Virus record (IMG/VR): IMGVR_UViG_2595698393_000001
Location: 11,995-75,994 of that record
DNA length: 64,000 nt
Reading direction: 5' to 3' (one strand)
Source: a virus
Taxonomy: Duplodnaviria; Caudoviricetes
Below the pieces are notes generated by a model that searched no databases, was not told the DNA's origin, and saw only the letters and a list, made by a program, of their open reading frames with translations. Position numbers and translations under genes: made by a program. This document shows, in pieces, positions 17,791-29,177 of the stretch (position 1 is the stretch's first letter; each line of letters opens with the position of its first letter).

Positions 17791-18731
17791 ATGCAAAAAG
17801 AATTTACAACAGAACAATTATTGGATCAACACATCAAGAATAAAAACGGTGTAATTTTCAATGTGTTCTTACACGAGACTAGAAACGATATTTGCTATTT
17901 AAGAAGAGCTAATAAATACACTAGGAAAAACATAAGAGAAATTAAGCAAGGAATTGTTGACGGTACCTGGATTAGAATCAATGAACACGAATTAAAAAAG
18001 TTCATGGAAGAGGATAACGATAAAATGATTAGCCTTACTAGAAAAATGGTAAAGAGAACTATAATTACTCAACTTCTATTAGAGGGAGACGACGAGCTTA
18101 AAGTGGATTACGAAGGCGATAAGTACTTTAAGAGCACACTAGAGAAGAGTAATCGAGAATGTGAGCGCATAGCATCAAGACAATTCGATAAGGTGTATGA
18201 CGCGGATAATGTGACTTCCCAAAACCTAATGAATGCCGTTGACCGAGTTACAACAAAACTAGCAAGCCTAGATATTTCAGATTACCCATTCTTTGAAAAC
18301 TTAATTGACGATTATTTCGCCAATAGAGAAGAGCACTTAAAAAGAGAAACATTTTTTACTAAAGTAGATTAATTATGAGAGAGCAAGAAAAATTATCCGT
18401 AAAACATTATTTTCCTAAATTTGGTATCACTAAAAAAAATACAAAAGAAGGAATAAGAGTTGAATTAACAACTAATGTAAGATTTTTAAGAGAAGGAATT
18501 TGGAGGGAATTAGTCGTAAATGAAGACTATATAGTGCCTTTTAAAGAAGGTGATTGTTTAGTAGAATCTATACATGGATTAATAATGAGATTAATGGATA
18601 GATGTGAACTAATAAAGATGTACACTAAGGTTGATAGGGACGATTTATATGTTTCAGAAACACAAGTATCAGAAGAAGAGAGGTTAAATATTTCTCTATT
18701 GTCTGATCGATTTAATGTTTTTACTTTATAA
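17791..18731 (+). other. Two hypothetical ORFs (17791-18372, 18375-18731)
   Basis: ORF track. Confidence 0.65.
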
Positions 18732-18744
18732 AAAAATTAACAAC

Positions 18745-19248
18745 ATGAAAATACTTGCGATTGATCCAGGAACATTAAAAAGCGGATGGGTTTTATACGA
18801 TACTAAAACCCACGAGATACTAGACAAAGGAGTTACAGATAACTTTGGATTAAAGTTGTGGATCAAAAGCAATGTAGGTGAGAATACTTTTGATGCTACT
18901 GCAGTAGAAATGATTGCCTCGTACGGAATGGCGGTGGGCCGAGAGGTTTTTGAAACGTGTTTGTATATCGGTCAAATAATGCAATTGATGGATGACAATC
19001 ATATTCCTTGTGATTTGGTATTTAGAAGAGACGTTAAGCAGGCTATATGCAACAACGGAAAAGCCAAGGATCCACAAATACGACAAGCCTTAATAGACCA
19101 GTTCCCTAAAACTGGTGGAGGCGCAAAACCACAAATAGGAAACAAGAAGCAGCCTGGAAGACTATACGGAGTTACTTCACATATTTGGGCAGCACTAGGA
19201 GTAGCAATCACATTTGCAAAGAAAAAAACAAATACAAACCAGACATAG
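18745..19248 (+). CDS. RuvC-like Holliday junction resolvase
   Basis: MKILAIDPG...AVEMIASYGMAVGREVFETC...AKDPQIRQAL...HIWAALGVA. Confidence 0.85.
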   Translation: MKILAIDPGTLKSGWVLYDTKTHEILDKGVTDNFGLKLWIKSNVGENTFDATAVEMIASYGMAVGREVFETCLYIGQIMQLMDDNHIPCDLVFRRDVKQAICNNGKAKDPQIRQALIDQFPKTGGGAKPQIGNKKQPGRLYGVTSHIWAALGVAITFAKKKTNTNQT

Positions 19249-19286
19249 ATACAGATATGTCACGAACATTTTTAAATTAAATAGAT

Positions 19287-20125
19287 ATGAATTACTTCCT
19301 AGATACAGAGTTCCTTGAGGGGCCACAAAAGAAAAGAATATTTGGAATACCTTATGGAGAAACACCAAATACTATAGACTTAATTTCTATTGGAATTGTT
19401 TCAGAGGACGGAAGAGAATATTACGCTATATCCAAAGACTTCAACCTCAAAGAAGCTTGGAACAGGTATCAGTTAAAAGATTTGCGAGGACTAAACTTTT
19501 CTTACGATATTTTTGGAGTTCCTAATGGTGTTTATAAGTATAAAAAAGAATACTGGATTAGAGAAAATGTGCTTAGACCTATCTACTATGAAATGATAGG
19601 AAAAGATATTTCATTCCATGATTATGATAAATATTTCACATATAAAAGATTTAAAAAACTTCTTGAAAGTCACGGAAAGACCAATAAACAAATATCGGAA
19701 GAAGTTAAGGATTTTATTTCTCAAAAAAATTATTAAACACTACTTCTGATGATTTTGCTACTCATGAATTAAAATCAACTTATGAAGGAAGAATGAAAGT
19801 TGTTGAAAATAGTTTTGGATTGCCAGGATTCTACGCATACTACGCTGATTATGATTGGGTGGTTTTCTGTTGGTTATTTGGAAATATGATTGACTTGCCA
19901 AAAGGATTTCCGATGTATTGCAATGACCTGAAGCAATGTTTAGATGAATATTGTGATTCAGTAAACGTTGTAGCTAAAACAATCCCTGGATGTCCTTTAG
20001 TAACAGCTAAGTCAGTTAAAGAAAATAATCCAAAATTTCCAAAACAAGACAAATCAAAACAGCACAACGCAATTGAAGATGCAAGATGGAATAAAGAACT
20101 TTTTAACTTTTTGAATAAGATATGA
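19287..20125 (+). CDS. DEDDh 3'-5' exo(ribo)nuclease, split by a 1-nt frameshift near 19725
   Basis: YFLDTEFLE in the first ORF; YADYDWV and HNAIEDARW in the second. One extra A in an A7 run joins them. Confidence 0.85.
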
Positions 20126-20376
20126 ATCCAAAACCAATTAAAAAACAAATATTTGCTGAGATAGTAGATAACGAGACTACACAATCTGGAATAATCATTG
20201 TTGGCGAATCTTCTGTTAAAAGAAATATTGCCAAGGTTATAGCTATCGGATCGCAAGTAGAAAATGTGAAAGTTGGTGATACTATCGACTACAACAAATT
20301 TGAAGCTACAGAATACACACACGAAGGTAAAAAGTGTATCTTTGTTAAAGAAGTAGGAACGCTATTTATACACTAA
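20122..20376 (+). CDS. groES: GroES-like co-chaperonin
   Basis: ETTQSGIIIV...AKVIAIGSQVENVKVGDTIDY. Confidence 0.85.
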   Translation: MNPKPIKKQIFAEIVDNETTQSGIIIVGESSVKRNIAKVIAIGSQVENVKVGDTIDYNKFEATEYTHEGKKCIFVKEVGTLFIH

Positions 20377-20379
20377 TGC

Positions 20380-20628
20380 ATGATTACACTAAATGTTTTT
20401 ATTTATCCGGAAGATGATATAACTAGAATAGAAAACGACATTGATCCAATAACTCCAATGGACCAATGTGAATACTTAGAGTGCACGTTTTACCAAATAG
20501 CATACGTTAGGAGGTATGATGATAATTTTGCAGAAGTTGGAAGCAATGGAGAATCATTTGTTGTCGCGCACTCTATGGAAGAAGTAAATATGAAAATACA
20601 ATTAGACGGTGCATTATACATAAACTAA
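20380..20628 (+). CDS. Hypothetical protein
   Basis: 82 aa ORF. Confidence 0.6.
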   Translation: MITLNVFIYPEDDITRIENDIDPITPMDQCEYLECTFYQIAYVRRYDDNFAEVGSNGESFVVAHSMEEVNMKIQLDGALYIN

Positions 20629-21251
20629 TAAAGTTTTTCCCTGAACTTATCTGGACTACGCTTAGATTCTGTTTTTAATTTAAGCATAAGTTTTTCTCTA
20701 ATTCTATCAATCCTAGAAACCTTACTACTTCTAAAAGGGTTTAAATCAGATTTGATAGTTATTGTTTTTTCTCCAGAAAGATACTTGTAGAAATCCATTA
20801 CCGCGTTCAAAGACCTTTCGGTTAGCTTATAAATATTACCTGCGCTATCCACCTTCTTAACACACAACTCGATATATCCTAAATCCTCCATAGTTTTTAT
20901 ATGGAGGTTGTGTTGTTTTAGTCCTAGTTGCCTGAAATCATCTAATGTAAAAAACTGAATAGGGAACAAATAAAGCAATGCCTCTAGTTCCGAATAATGT
21001 TTGATGTTATATAGTTTGCATATAAATGGTTTTACAACAATCAAATGCTGCAGCAGATTATACCCTTCCACAAAATTATAGAGAACAGTCTTATCTTCTC
21101 GATTGTATTTCCTCTTCAATTTCGGATTAGAACTACTGTTTGAAATTTTAGCCTTGTTTGCTATAATAGTTTTTCTAGTACTTTCACTTAAATTCGCAAG
21201 TGCTTCTTTATCAGATAATTCTCCTTTCTTCAATTTTAAATCTTTTTTCAT
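20625..21251 (-). CDS. Winged-helix DNA-binding protein (possible late regulator)
   Basis: ELEALLYL...IKTMEDLGYIELC...NIYKLTERS is MarR-like wHTH; divergent from the late genes. Confidence 0.55.
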   Translation of the reverse strand: MKKDLKLKKGELSDKEALANLSESTRKTIIANKAKISNSSSNPKLKRKYNREDKTVLYNFVEGYNLLQHLIVVKPFICKLYNIKHYSELEALLYLFPIQFFTLDDFRQLGLKQHNLHIKTMEDLGYIELCVKKVDSAGNIYKLTERSLNAVMDFYKYLSGEKTITIKSDLNPFRSSKVSRIDRIREKLMLKLKTESKRSPDKFREKLY

Positions 21252-21313
21252 GAAATTTATGATATAATAGTTTTATATTACAAAAATACACTTATTAATA
21301 TAAATATATTTTA

Positions 21314-21321
21314 TACTTTTG
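21314..21321 (+). promoter_or_regulatory. -7 promoter element of the tail-fibre/lysis/packaging operon
   Basis: TACTTTTG; similar TAACTTTG elements precede other late operons (41087, 47009, 55836). Confidence 0.6.
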
Positions 21322-21349
21322 TAGTATTCAATAGAAAAAACCTATAGCA

Positions 21350-21897
21350 ATGTCATTAATCAACGATGAAGCAATTTACGCTTTAACACAAATGGTCGAA
21401 GGAGGCACTGTTTTAGGCTCTTTACCAAAAACCCATCCTACTAATCCAGGAGGTACTGTTCAATATTCTGTTTCAGGAATATTAGACTTTATAACAGGAA
21501 AATTAGATTTTGTACACTACAATAATGCAACAAGAGCAGGGCAGACTGTTTTAATAAACGATCCAGATTTACCAGAAACTTACTTGGCCGCAATAAACGA
21601 TGGAGCAAAATGTATTTGCACACTTAAGGTTTATCCACCTACTTCAGATTCAGATGTTTCATTCATTGTAAAACTTAGGTAGGTATGTCAACAACAGTAT
21701 TAATAATTTCTTCTGCAGCATTAGCAATAAGCATATACTCAGCATTCTTTAAAAAACCTCACACAAAAATAGATGGTAAAAGAATACTTACAATTTTGGA
21801 TTCAGAAATGAATGTATCAACTAAGATTGTTGGAGACAAAAGAGTATTGGTTGACGAGCAAGGAGAAGTTTTAGATAAAAAACGAATCAACATATAA
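21350..21897 (+). other. Two small ORFs (21350-21682; 21685-21897 with N-terminal TM segment)
   Basis: ORF track. Confidence 0.6.
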
Positions 21898-21904
21898 CGA
21901 AACA

Positions 21905-23533
21905 ATGAAAAATAAAATAACCATAATAATGATTTTGATGTCTATATCTTTCGGATATTCTCAGGTGTTGGTACCAGAGAATACCGGTTACGGATATGAC
22001 AACTTAACAACTGTAGAGCTAAATGCTCTTACCAAAAAGAAGGTAGGGGATATTTATTACAATGCAGATTTAGGGTATCACGTAAAATGGAACGGAGTAA
22101 TCTTTGAAAGTTTAGCTAGTGGTATTTCAGGAATAGATCCTGCGGACCAAGACAAGCTTAACAATATTTCAATTACTCAGCCAGTTAATTTAGATACTGT
22201 AGAATCTTTAGCTAATTCAGCATTACAAACAGAAACCGATCCAACAACTACTCCGGCCAACATAAAAGCAAAATTAGAATCACTTACTGGAACAAATAGA
22301 TTAGATGCTTTTGCTATAAAGAACTTATCAGCACAAGAAACGGACCCTAACTTAACTAAATCTAACGTAGAAGGCTTAGGTATTAGCTATACAAGTTTAA
22401 GTGATATTCCTGCGGTTAGTTCGCCTTTAACTTTTGGACCAGGGTTTACAAGGACTGGAGACAACATTGTTTTGGATAATCCATTTACAACGGCAAATGA
22501 AACAACATTAAATAGTGCTTTACAATCAGAAACAGACCCTTTATATTCTGCATGGGATAAGGATTACAATGACCTAATTAATAGACCTGTAAATTTAGTT
22601 ACTTATGACCCTTTGACTGCTCAAGATGTAGAAATCAGCGTTTTAGGCGGTAGCGATTCAGAAAGTTATATTTTAGAGTTCGACCCTAACGGATATGATT
22701 ATAGCGGAGAATCAAGCGGAACCGGAACAGTAGACCAAACCATTATAGACGGATCAACTAATGCGGTTAGTGGAAACGCTGTTTTTGATGGATTAAGCAG
22801 TAAATTGAACTTGTCAGGTGGCACAATGACTGGAGAATTAGATTTAAGTTTATTAATGCCCTCTTCTGTTGTTAGTTTTATTGGATCAAACACAGACCCT
22901 TTTTCTTCTGGATCATTCAAAGACTTTAACGTATCAGATGGTTCTACTTTAATTGATTATCAATTTTCTCCAACTTCTACAGCTCTATCTATAAGAACAA
23001 ACACACTAGTGAATCAAACAGCTTATACTGCAAAATACACACTACCGCACACAGGAACACCAGTTAATGATACTGATTTAATTACTAAAGTGTATGCGGA
23101 TGCTACTTACGGCGCAAGCGGTAGTTATGAAGAAGGTACTTTCACATTGACTAATCAAGATACAGATTATTCGTTTATAAGTCAAAACAATACATTTGTT
23201 CGGTTTGGTGATTTAGTGTACTATAAGGTTTATATCACTTTAAACAAAACAACTAATACTTCTGATGTTTTTTTCACCCTTAGTTCAGCTAGTACATTGC
23301 CAGCTCATGCTACTCAAAGTGTGAATAATATAAATCCTTATTTCTCAGACTTACTAAGTACTAGCGGAAACTTAAACGCAAATGCAACAGCACTATATTT
23401 TCAACACAATGGTAATGTTTGGTATTTAAAGCAATCTTACGCAGGTAATATAGGTGTAAATGTTTCAAATATAGATTCAACCTCTAGCGGAAATTTTGTA
23501 ATATCATTCTCAGGCACTTACTTAACAGATTAA
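21905..23533 (+). CDS. Tail-fibre-like protein with Sec signal peptide
   Basis: MKNKITIIMILMSISFGYS|Q; ETDP repeats; VDQTIIDGSTNAVSGNAVFDGLSSKLNLSGGTMTG fibre motifs. Confidence 0.7.
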   Translation: MKNKITIIMILMSISFGYSQVLVPENTGYGYDNLTTVELNALTKKKVGDIYYNADLGYHVKWNGVIFESLASGISGIDPADQDKLNNISITQPVNLDTVESLANSALQTETDPTTTPANIKAKLESLTGTNRLDAFAIKNLSAQETDPNLTKSNVEGLGISYTSLSDIPAVSSPLTFGPGFTRTGDNIVLDNPFTTANETTLNSALQSETDPLYSAWDKDYNDLINRPVNLVTYDPLTAQDVEISVLGGSDSESYILEFDPNGYDYSGESSGTGTVDQTIIDGSTNAVSGNAVFDGLSSKLNLSGGTMTGELDLSLLMPSSVVSFIGSNTDPFSSGSFKDFNVSDGSTLIDYQFSPTSTALSIRTNTLVNQTAYTAKYTLPHTGTPVNDTDLITKVYADATYGASGSYEEGTFTLTNQDTDYSFISQNNTFVRFGDLVYYKVYITLNKTTNTSDVFFTLSSASTLPAHATQSVNNINPYFSDLLSTSGNLNANATALYFQHNGNVWYLKQSYAGNIGVNVSNIDSTSSGNFVISFSGTYLTD

Positions 23534-23540
23534 AAATAAA

Positions 23541-25874
23541 ATGAAAAAAACAATTTACATATTATCGATTTTATTGCTTACTATTTCAGGAGTAAGCGCA
23601 CAGACTGTTATTAAAATTAAACAGCCTAATCCGCAACAGATAACAATAGCAGACGATTCAATAAAACTGAATGGTTCAACTTCTGTTCCTTTGTCTGATA
23701 TAATTAAGCCTATCACATTAGCGGAGTACAACGCAATGGATGCGGCTACTAAATTAAAGAATGCAGGACGTCAAATTATAGATCCTACAGGAGTTCCTAC
23801 AGCTATAAGTATAGTTGATGGTAGTGTTAGTACTGCTAAGATTGCTAATAGCGCTGTGAGTGGGATTAAAATACTTGATGAAGCGATAACAGAAAGTAAA
23901 ATAGCTGATGCAAGTATAACTGATACAAAAATAAACGCTGATACATATAAGAAATTATATTATGCTGTTCCTGATGGTTATATTTCTCCTAGGGATTATG
24001 GCGCAGTTATGGACGGTATAACTGACGATAGAATTGCATTTGTTAATACATTGACGGCTGCAAACACTTTAGGTAAAAGAATTTGGATTGATTCAGATAT
24101 TAATTTGGATGTTGAGGAAACGGGAACTAAATCAATTTTCATACCATCAAACACTTGGATAGAGGGAAGAGATAAAGACGTTAGGATTTTAATAAACAAC
24201 TTACTTAGCCCTGCATTTTACATTGCGCTCCAAGAAAATGTTACGTTTAAAAACATTACTTTCTCATACGACAACACTTATGACGCAACAATAAGATATA
24301 CAGACGCTTCTACATTAGCAAATGACAATCAAATAAAAAACTATCTAACAGCTAATAAAAGTGTTAATTTCAACGGATTAGAACCTATAAAGCTATCACC
24401 AGTTAACTATAGATATGGATTTAGGTTAGATGGATCTAAGAATGTAGTGTTTGAAAATGTAGTTTTTGATGCAGAGGGTGATTTAGCTAACGCATACCCG
24501 CTAGGATGGATCAAATTAATTGAACAATATTCAGAATCAACATCAGTTGTATCTGGTGGCGCAACAACGGTTTGTGAAAATATAACATTTAAAAATATAG
24601 ACTTCAACAAGTCTATAATGGGGATTCAAGGACTTGTTCAGGGTTTTTACATGAGTGATGTAAAGTCATATTACTTCACTGATTGCCAAGATGGAGACGG
24701 ATCAAATCTAGGAGGTGAACACGCAGGATCAACAGCTTATTGGATGCCGCCACCACATTTAATTTACTTAAACAATGACGGTTCAGTAAATCATCAATCA
24801 AAAGATATACACATTAACAATGTTATTGATTATGGCTTTTTGGTTGGAACAACAGCTGTAAGAGCAGATGGTAGAGATAATCAAGGCTACTTAACATCGT
24901 TAAAAACTGTAAATAACATGAGTAACGTTTATGTTGATGGTTATAAATCATATAGAAGAGATGGATTAGCAGATATTGGAGATATTACAAACGGAGTTTA
25001 TAAAAATATGTATAGTGAAAGTACTACTGATATTTTTGAGAGTTCAAGGCAATTTACACCTCTTAGGTTTGTTGGTATAATGGATGATGTTTTGTTTGAC
25101 AATATAGTTATAAAAGATTTATCAGATATAGCTTCTACATATCCAATTAGCAGGTCTTACGGAGATAACGTAACAATGAATAATATTCAGTTATTTAGTA
25201 AGACATTAAGCACTACATACACGGGCGTCATTGGTGTTTCAGGAAGCAATAACACTATAAAAAACCTAACATATACGATAGAAAACCACACGGATGCAGC
25301 ATCTAATTATCAAGGGTTGATATTCCACGACAATACAACTATGGATAGTGGATATAATAATAACTATGAAATAACTGTTAATGGTTGGAGAAATATAAAT
25401 AGCGATCCAATAGCGCTTAAGCCTAGAATGTTGTTTTCAAAAGCCATAAATCCAAACAATAACTATGCTAGATTGTATGATTCGTCAAATAACAATATAA
25501 TAGAGCAAATAAACGAATTCCAAACAGATACTTGGACTAAAACTGAGGTTGTAACACTAAGTAGTGGAGTTCAACAAACATTGACAATGAATATTCCTAG
25601 TGGTTACGCAATAAATAAAGTAATTGCTGTAACTCAAACATCTTTAGACGCAGGAACTACAGTTTCTATAGGCACGGTTTCTGGAACTGCAAACAATTTA
25701 ATCCCTTTAGTCGTTCAAGCTTCTGGAACTGGTTCTATTGCTATAAACAACATAAACGAAACATCCCTTTCAACAAGCGCAAGAAGTATATATATAAGAA
25801 CAAGTACCGGAGACTTTAACTCTACTGGAAAAGTCAAAGTTACAGTTGAATTAAAAAGATGGAGATTAAACTAA
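23541..25874 (+). CDS. Tailspike-like beta-helix (pectate-lyase-like) protein with signal peptide
   Basis: Signal peptide ...SGVSA|Q; DGSVSTAKIA-type repeats; SPRDYGAVMDGITDDRIAF beta-helix start. Confidence 0.75.
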   Translation: MKKTIYILSILLLTISGVSAQTVIKIKQPNPQQITIADDSIKLNGSTSVPLSDIIKPITLAEYNAMDAATKLKNAGRQIIDPTGVPTAISIVDGSVSTAKIANSAVSGIKILDEAITESKIADASITDTKINADTYKKLYYAVPDGYISPRDYGAVMDGITDDRIAFVNTLTAANTLGKRIWIDSDINLDVEETGTKSIFIPSNTWIEGRDKDVRILINNLLSPAFYIALQENVTFKNITFSYDNTYDATIRYTDASTLANDNQIKNYLTANKSVNFNGLEPIKLSPVNYRYGFRLDGSKNVVFENVVFDAEGDLANAYPLGWIKLIEQYSESTSVVSGGATTVCENITFKNIDFNKSIMGIQGLVQGFYMSDVKSYYFTDCQDGDGSNLGGEHAGSTAYWMPPPHLIYLNNDGSVNHQSKDIHINNVIDYGFLVGTTAVRADGRDNQGYLTSLKTVNNMSNVYVDGYKSYRRDGLADIGDITNGVYKNMYSESTTDIFESSRQFTPLRFVGIMDDVLFDNIVIKDLSDIASTYPISRSYGDNVTMNNIQLFSKTLSTTYTGVIGVSGSNNTIKNLTYTIENHTDAASNYQGLIFHDNTTMDSGYNNNYEITVNGWRNINSDPIALKPRMLFSKAINPNNNYARLYDSSNNNIIEQINEFQTDTWTKTEVVTLSSGVQQTLTMNIPSGYAINKVIAVTQTSLDAGTTVSIGTVSGTANNLIPLVVQASGTGSIAINNINETSLSTSARSIYIRTSTGDFNSTGKVKVTVELKRWRLN

Positions 25875-25878
25875 AATT

Positions 25879-26049
25879 ATGAAACAAACAATTAACATAG
25901 TATTATTTTTCATCCTTTCGTTAGGATTAAACGCTCAAACGGTTGAGGGTACAGTAGGTAGTGATGGTAGTTTAATACCTTACAACGTTTCAGGAGGTTT
26001 AGACGAAACGGCTGTAGACGCCAAAATAGAAACTTCAAACGCTTTAAAT
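25879..26049 (+). repeat. ~170-bp direct repeat, copy 1 (copy 2 at 29178-29348)
   Basis: Near-identical DNA encoding the first ~57 aa of both adaptor proteins. Confidence 0.9.
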
Positions 26050-26790
26050 TGGTATGATATAACAGCTAACAGAGTTTTAACTAGTAATGAAGGCGGTGGA
26101 TTGTTTTTGAATGAAAGTGCAAATGATTACACATTAACCATACCAACTCAAACAACAGGATTATATGAGAGCGATGTTGTCTATACAGCTATTAATTCAG
26201 GCTCAGGAAGTATTATAGTTAGACCAGAATCAGGTCTCACATTAGAATCTAAAGAATTGTTAGAAAACAAAAAAGGCTCTATAGCTAGAAAAGGTTCTAA
26301 TAAATGGATTTACTTTGGTGATTGGACTGATTATGTAGTAGTAAATCTTAATTCAACAAACGCTTCTAATCCTACAAGTGAAGATAATTCAACTACGGGA
26401 TTTACACTTGTTGGATCAGGAGCTGTTTTAACTAGTGATACTGATTCTTTTATTGGAACTTATGCAATAAAACTAACATCAGCAGGTTCCGTATCTACTT
26501 ACGCTTCATATGTATTTTCTGCTAATGCTGGTGATACATTTTCAGTTTCTTTCAGAATGAAAACAACCGACTCAGAAGGTAGTACTGGTTCTACTGCATG
26601 GACTAATTCATCTGGCGGAGCTGTTGGTGATTATATAGAAGTGGCTGACGGATGGGTTTCAAGAACGTATAACATAACAGCAACAGCAACAGGAAATATA
26701 TCATTAAGATTTTATGCTTCTGCATCAAGTTCAGAAGTTACTTCTGATAATATTTTTATAGATAACTTAATTATAGAAAAAACAAATTAG
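25879..26790 (+). CDS. Secreted adaptor-like fibre protein, copy 1 (C-terminal CBM/jelly-roll-like domain)
   Basis: Signal peptide ...LGLNA|Q; fibre-type domain ending KGSNKWIYFGDW; C-terminus NIFIDNLII. Confidence 0.6.
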   Translation: MKQTINIVLFFILSLGLNAQTVEGTVGSDGSLIPYNVSGGLDETAVDAKIETSNALNWYDITANRVLTSNEGGGLFLNESANDYTLTIPTQTTGLYESDVVYTAINSGSGSIIVRPESGLTLESKELLENKKGSIARKGSNKWIYFGDWTDYVVVNLNSTNASNPTSEDNSTTGFTLVGSGAVLTSDTDSFIGTYAIKLTSAGSVSTYASYVFSANAGDTFSVSFRMKTTDSEGSTGSTAWTNSSGGAVGDYIEVADGWVSRTYNITATATGNISLRFYASASSSEVTSDNIFIDNLIIEKTN

Positions 26791-26791
26791 T

Positions 26792-28132
26792 ATGAGAAAT
26801 ATAGTATTAATACTATTGTTTTTTAATATAAGCTTTTCTTTCGGTAAAGATTATTGTGAAGATTTGTATAGTAATTTTTCAGTTTACGGTGTAGTTGGTG
26901 ATGGTGTTGCGGATGACACAGTAGCGTTACAGTTAGCTTTGGATTCAGATAGTAATTTATTAGCTGATTCAAACTCGACTTTTTTAGTTACATCTACTTT
27001 ATATTTAGACACAAGACTTAATCAAACAGTAGACTGGAATAATTCTACAATGATAACCACAACAGAAAATTTATTATTCATAGAAATAGATAAGAGAAAT
27101 TCTAATGGTGGAACTACAATAATGAAAGATTTGTTTATAGATGCAAATTACATAGGTATGCAGGGGGTTAGCGCATTAAGTAGAGTTGATTTATACAATA
27201 TAGATGGAATCAACTATATTCAGGGAGCTACAGCATCAAGCAGTCCATTTCATATAAGGACTGAGTTTTTAACAAATGATGATGACAGCTATGGAGAATG
27301 GATAATTGATAATTGCGATGTTAACGGCTTAAGAGGTTATGGAAATTATTGTGATTACTGCGATGGTCTTGGAGCTGCAAACGGATATTTGGTTTATTGG
27401 AGAGAAGTTCCAACAGTAGCAACTACAATAACATTTAAAAACGGAAGTTCTTTAAATGGCTTTGGTATTGATGGACAAAATGTCGCTGTATTTAGTCCGT
27501 CTATAGATGTGAGTAATACATTAGCTAATACTGTTTTTGATAATATAACAACAAAAGGATTCGATAGAAGAGGATGGAAATTGTTTTGCGGAAACATAAC
27601 CGTTAAAAATTGTTTGATTCAAGATAATCCAGAGTCTGACGGGGTTACAACATGCGGAACAACAGGAACTGGACTTAATTGCACTCAACTTGGTGAAACT
27701 GGAACTAGTAATTTAAGTGCTGGGTTATTTACATTTGGAACAGGAAGTGGTTCTACCGGCTCTTATAATTTACTAGTAGAGAATACTACGTTTGTTGGTG
27801 AATTATCAGGTGGAACAGATAATAGAGTTATTTTTGCAAATACAAATGATGTAAGTCTTAATAATTGCACTTTTTCAGGAGGGGCAGATTTAGCTCTAAC
27901 CACAGCAATAGATGATATAAATGTATGTAATACAACATTTGGAACTAGTTCTACCTTGTACGAGTACAATATGAGTACACCATATGGAACTATAAACTTA
28001 GATATTGACAACGTATATGCAACAACACCATCTTTCACATTAACCACAATCAACAACACGGATATTAATTGCGATGTCACTATTGTTTCAACATCGCAAA
28101 AAAATCAGAATTTAATTTACTGGAGATATTAA
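26792..28132 (+). CDS. Secreted beta-helix polysaccharide-lyase-like protein with C-terminal KNQNLIYWRY
   Basis: Signal peptide; YGVVGDGVADDTVALQLAL; Cys-rich. Confidence 0.7.
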   Translation: MRNIVLILLFFNISFSFGKDYCEDLYSNFSVYGVVGDGVADDTVALQLALDSDSNLLADSNSTFLVTSTLYLDTRLNQTVDWNNSTMITTTENLLFIEIDKRNSNGGTTIMKDLFIDANYIGMQGVSALSRVDLYNIDGINYIQGATASSSPFHIRTEFLTNDDDSYGEWIIDNCDVNGLRGYGNYCDYCDGLGAANGYLVYWREVPTVATTITFKNGSSLNGFGIDGQNVAVFSPSIDVSNTLANTVFDNITTKGFDRRGWKLFCGNITVKNCLIQDNPESDGVTTCGTTGTGLNCTQLGETGTSNLSAGLFTFGTGSGSTGSYNLLVENTTFVGELSGGTDNRVIFANTNDVSLNNCTFSGGADLALTTAIDDINVCNTTFGTSSTLYEYNMSTPYGTINLDIDNVYATTPSFTLTTINNTDINCDVTIVSTSQKNQNLIYWRY

Positions 28133-28146
28133 ATATATAAATTATG
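28088..28146 (+). repeat. ~55-bp direct repeat, copy 1 (copy 2 at 31213-31271)
   Basis: ...TTAATTTA(C/T)TGGAGATATTAAATATA(T/G)AAATTATG spans the C-terminal peptide, the stop and the next start codon. Confidence 0.85.
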
Positions 28147-28419
28147 ACAAAATTAATAGAAAAAACACAATCAAAAGCAGAGAACTATTGGATATTATTC
28201 TTTAGAATACCTGGACTATTTTTATTCTTTCTTCCGTTTATACCTGTAACTATGGGGTATATTAATTCTAACGTTGATAAGGTTAGATTAGATGGTGGAG
28301 ATTGGCAATTACTTGGATTAGGATTTTTCCTAGTTTGGGGAAGTTCTTATTTTGGTATTTTAGGAAACAAATTAGGAATGTTCTTATCTAGCAAGTTTGG
28401 ATTAAACAATAAAGAGTAA
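28144..28419 (+). CDS. Two-TM membrane protein (holin candidate)
   Basis: 91 aa with two hydrophobic segments, near the lysis genes. Confidence 0.5.
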   Translation: MTKLIEKTQSKAENYWILFFRIPGLFLFFLPFIPVTMGYINSNVDKVRLDGGDWQLLGLGFFLVWGSSYFGILGNKLGMFLSSKFGLNNKE

Positions 28420-28526
28420 GGATATGAAAACATTAATAGCAATATCTATTATATGCTTGATTATTCAATACTTCCTAGAAGACACTAAATCAAGTAGAGA
28501 TAATACACCGAAAACAGATCCATAGA

Positions 28527-29173
28527 ATGTACAATAAAATCCCCCCTTTTTTTTGGGAACAACAAAATTTGTAAGTAGATACAACTATAAAAGGAGGATT
28601 TTAGCTTTCAGGTTGCGTTGCGCAAAAAAAAGATTGAGACAGAAAGCTTGGGTAAGAAGAATAATACGTAGCAAAGTATTGGTTTATATTCCTGTAGCTA
28701 TGCTTTCTATTAAGCTTTACATAGAGAGAGAGGCTAGAGTTACTGCAGAAGTAAAGGCGGCACTATACGAAAGCCAGGCAAAGAGCACTATTAAAACCTT
28801 TGACGATATGAAGGTTAGTTATTTCGAGAAGCTTTTAAGAAAGAACTACTTCATAATGCTAGGCACTAATGATTATTACGACGAGCAGTTTACAAGTAGA
28901 CTTGGTTTTGAAGGAATAGATTATTTAGGAAAAAAAGATTCAGATTTACAAGACACTACAAGCGCGTATGGCTATTCCAAAAGCGACATGAAGGTTGTAT
29001 ACTCTTTAGATCGAGAATGGTTCCGAGAATACTTTATAGTAAAGAAAGATACTCAGGAATTAGCTGTATTCAAATTTTGTAGAATAGAACTAAATAAAGA
29101 TACAGTGGTAGGAGGACTTCCTTTTGATATGGAAAAACTAAAAAAAGAATTAAAACTTAAAGATATAGATTAA
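28527..29173 (+). CDS. Membrane-anchored PAS-domain-like protein
   Basis: MLGTNDYYDEQF...LGFEGIDYLGKKDSDL....A..YSKSDMKVV resembles a PAS fold. The ATG at 28527 joins the frame if one base is added in the C6T8 run. Confidence 0.55.
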
Positions 29174-29177
29174 TAAG

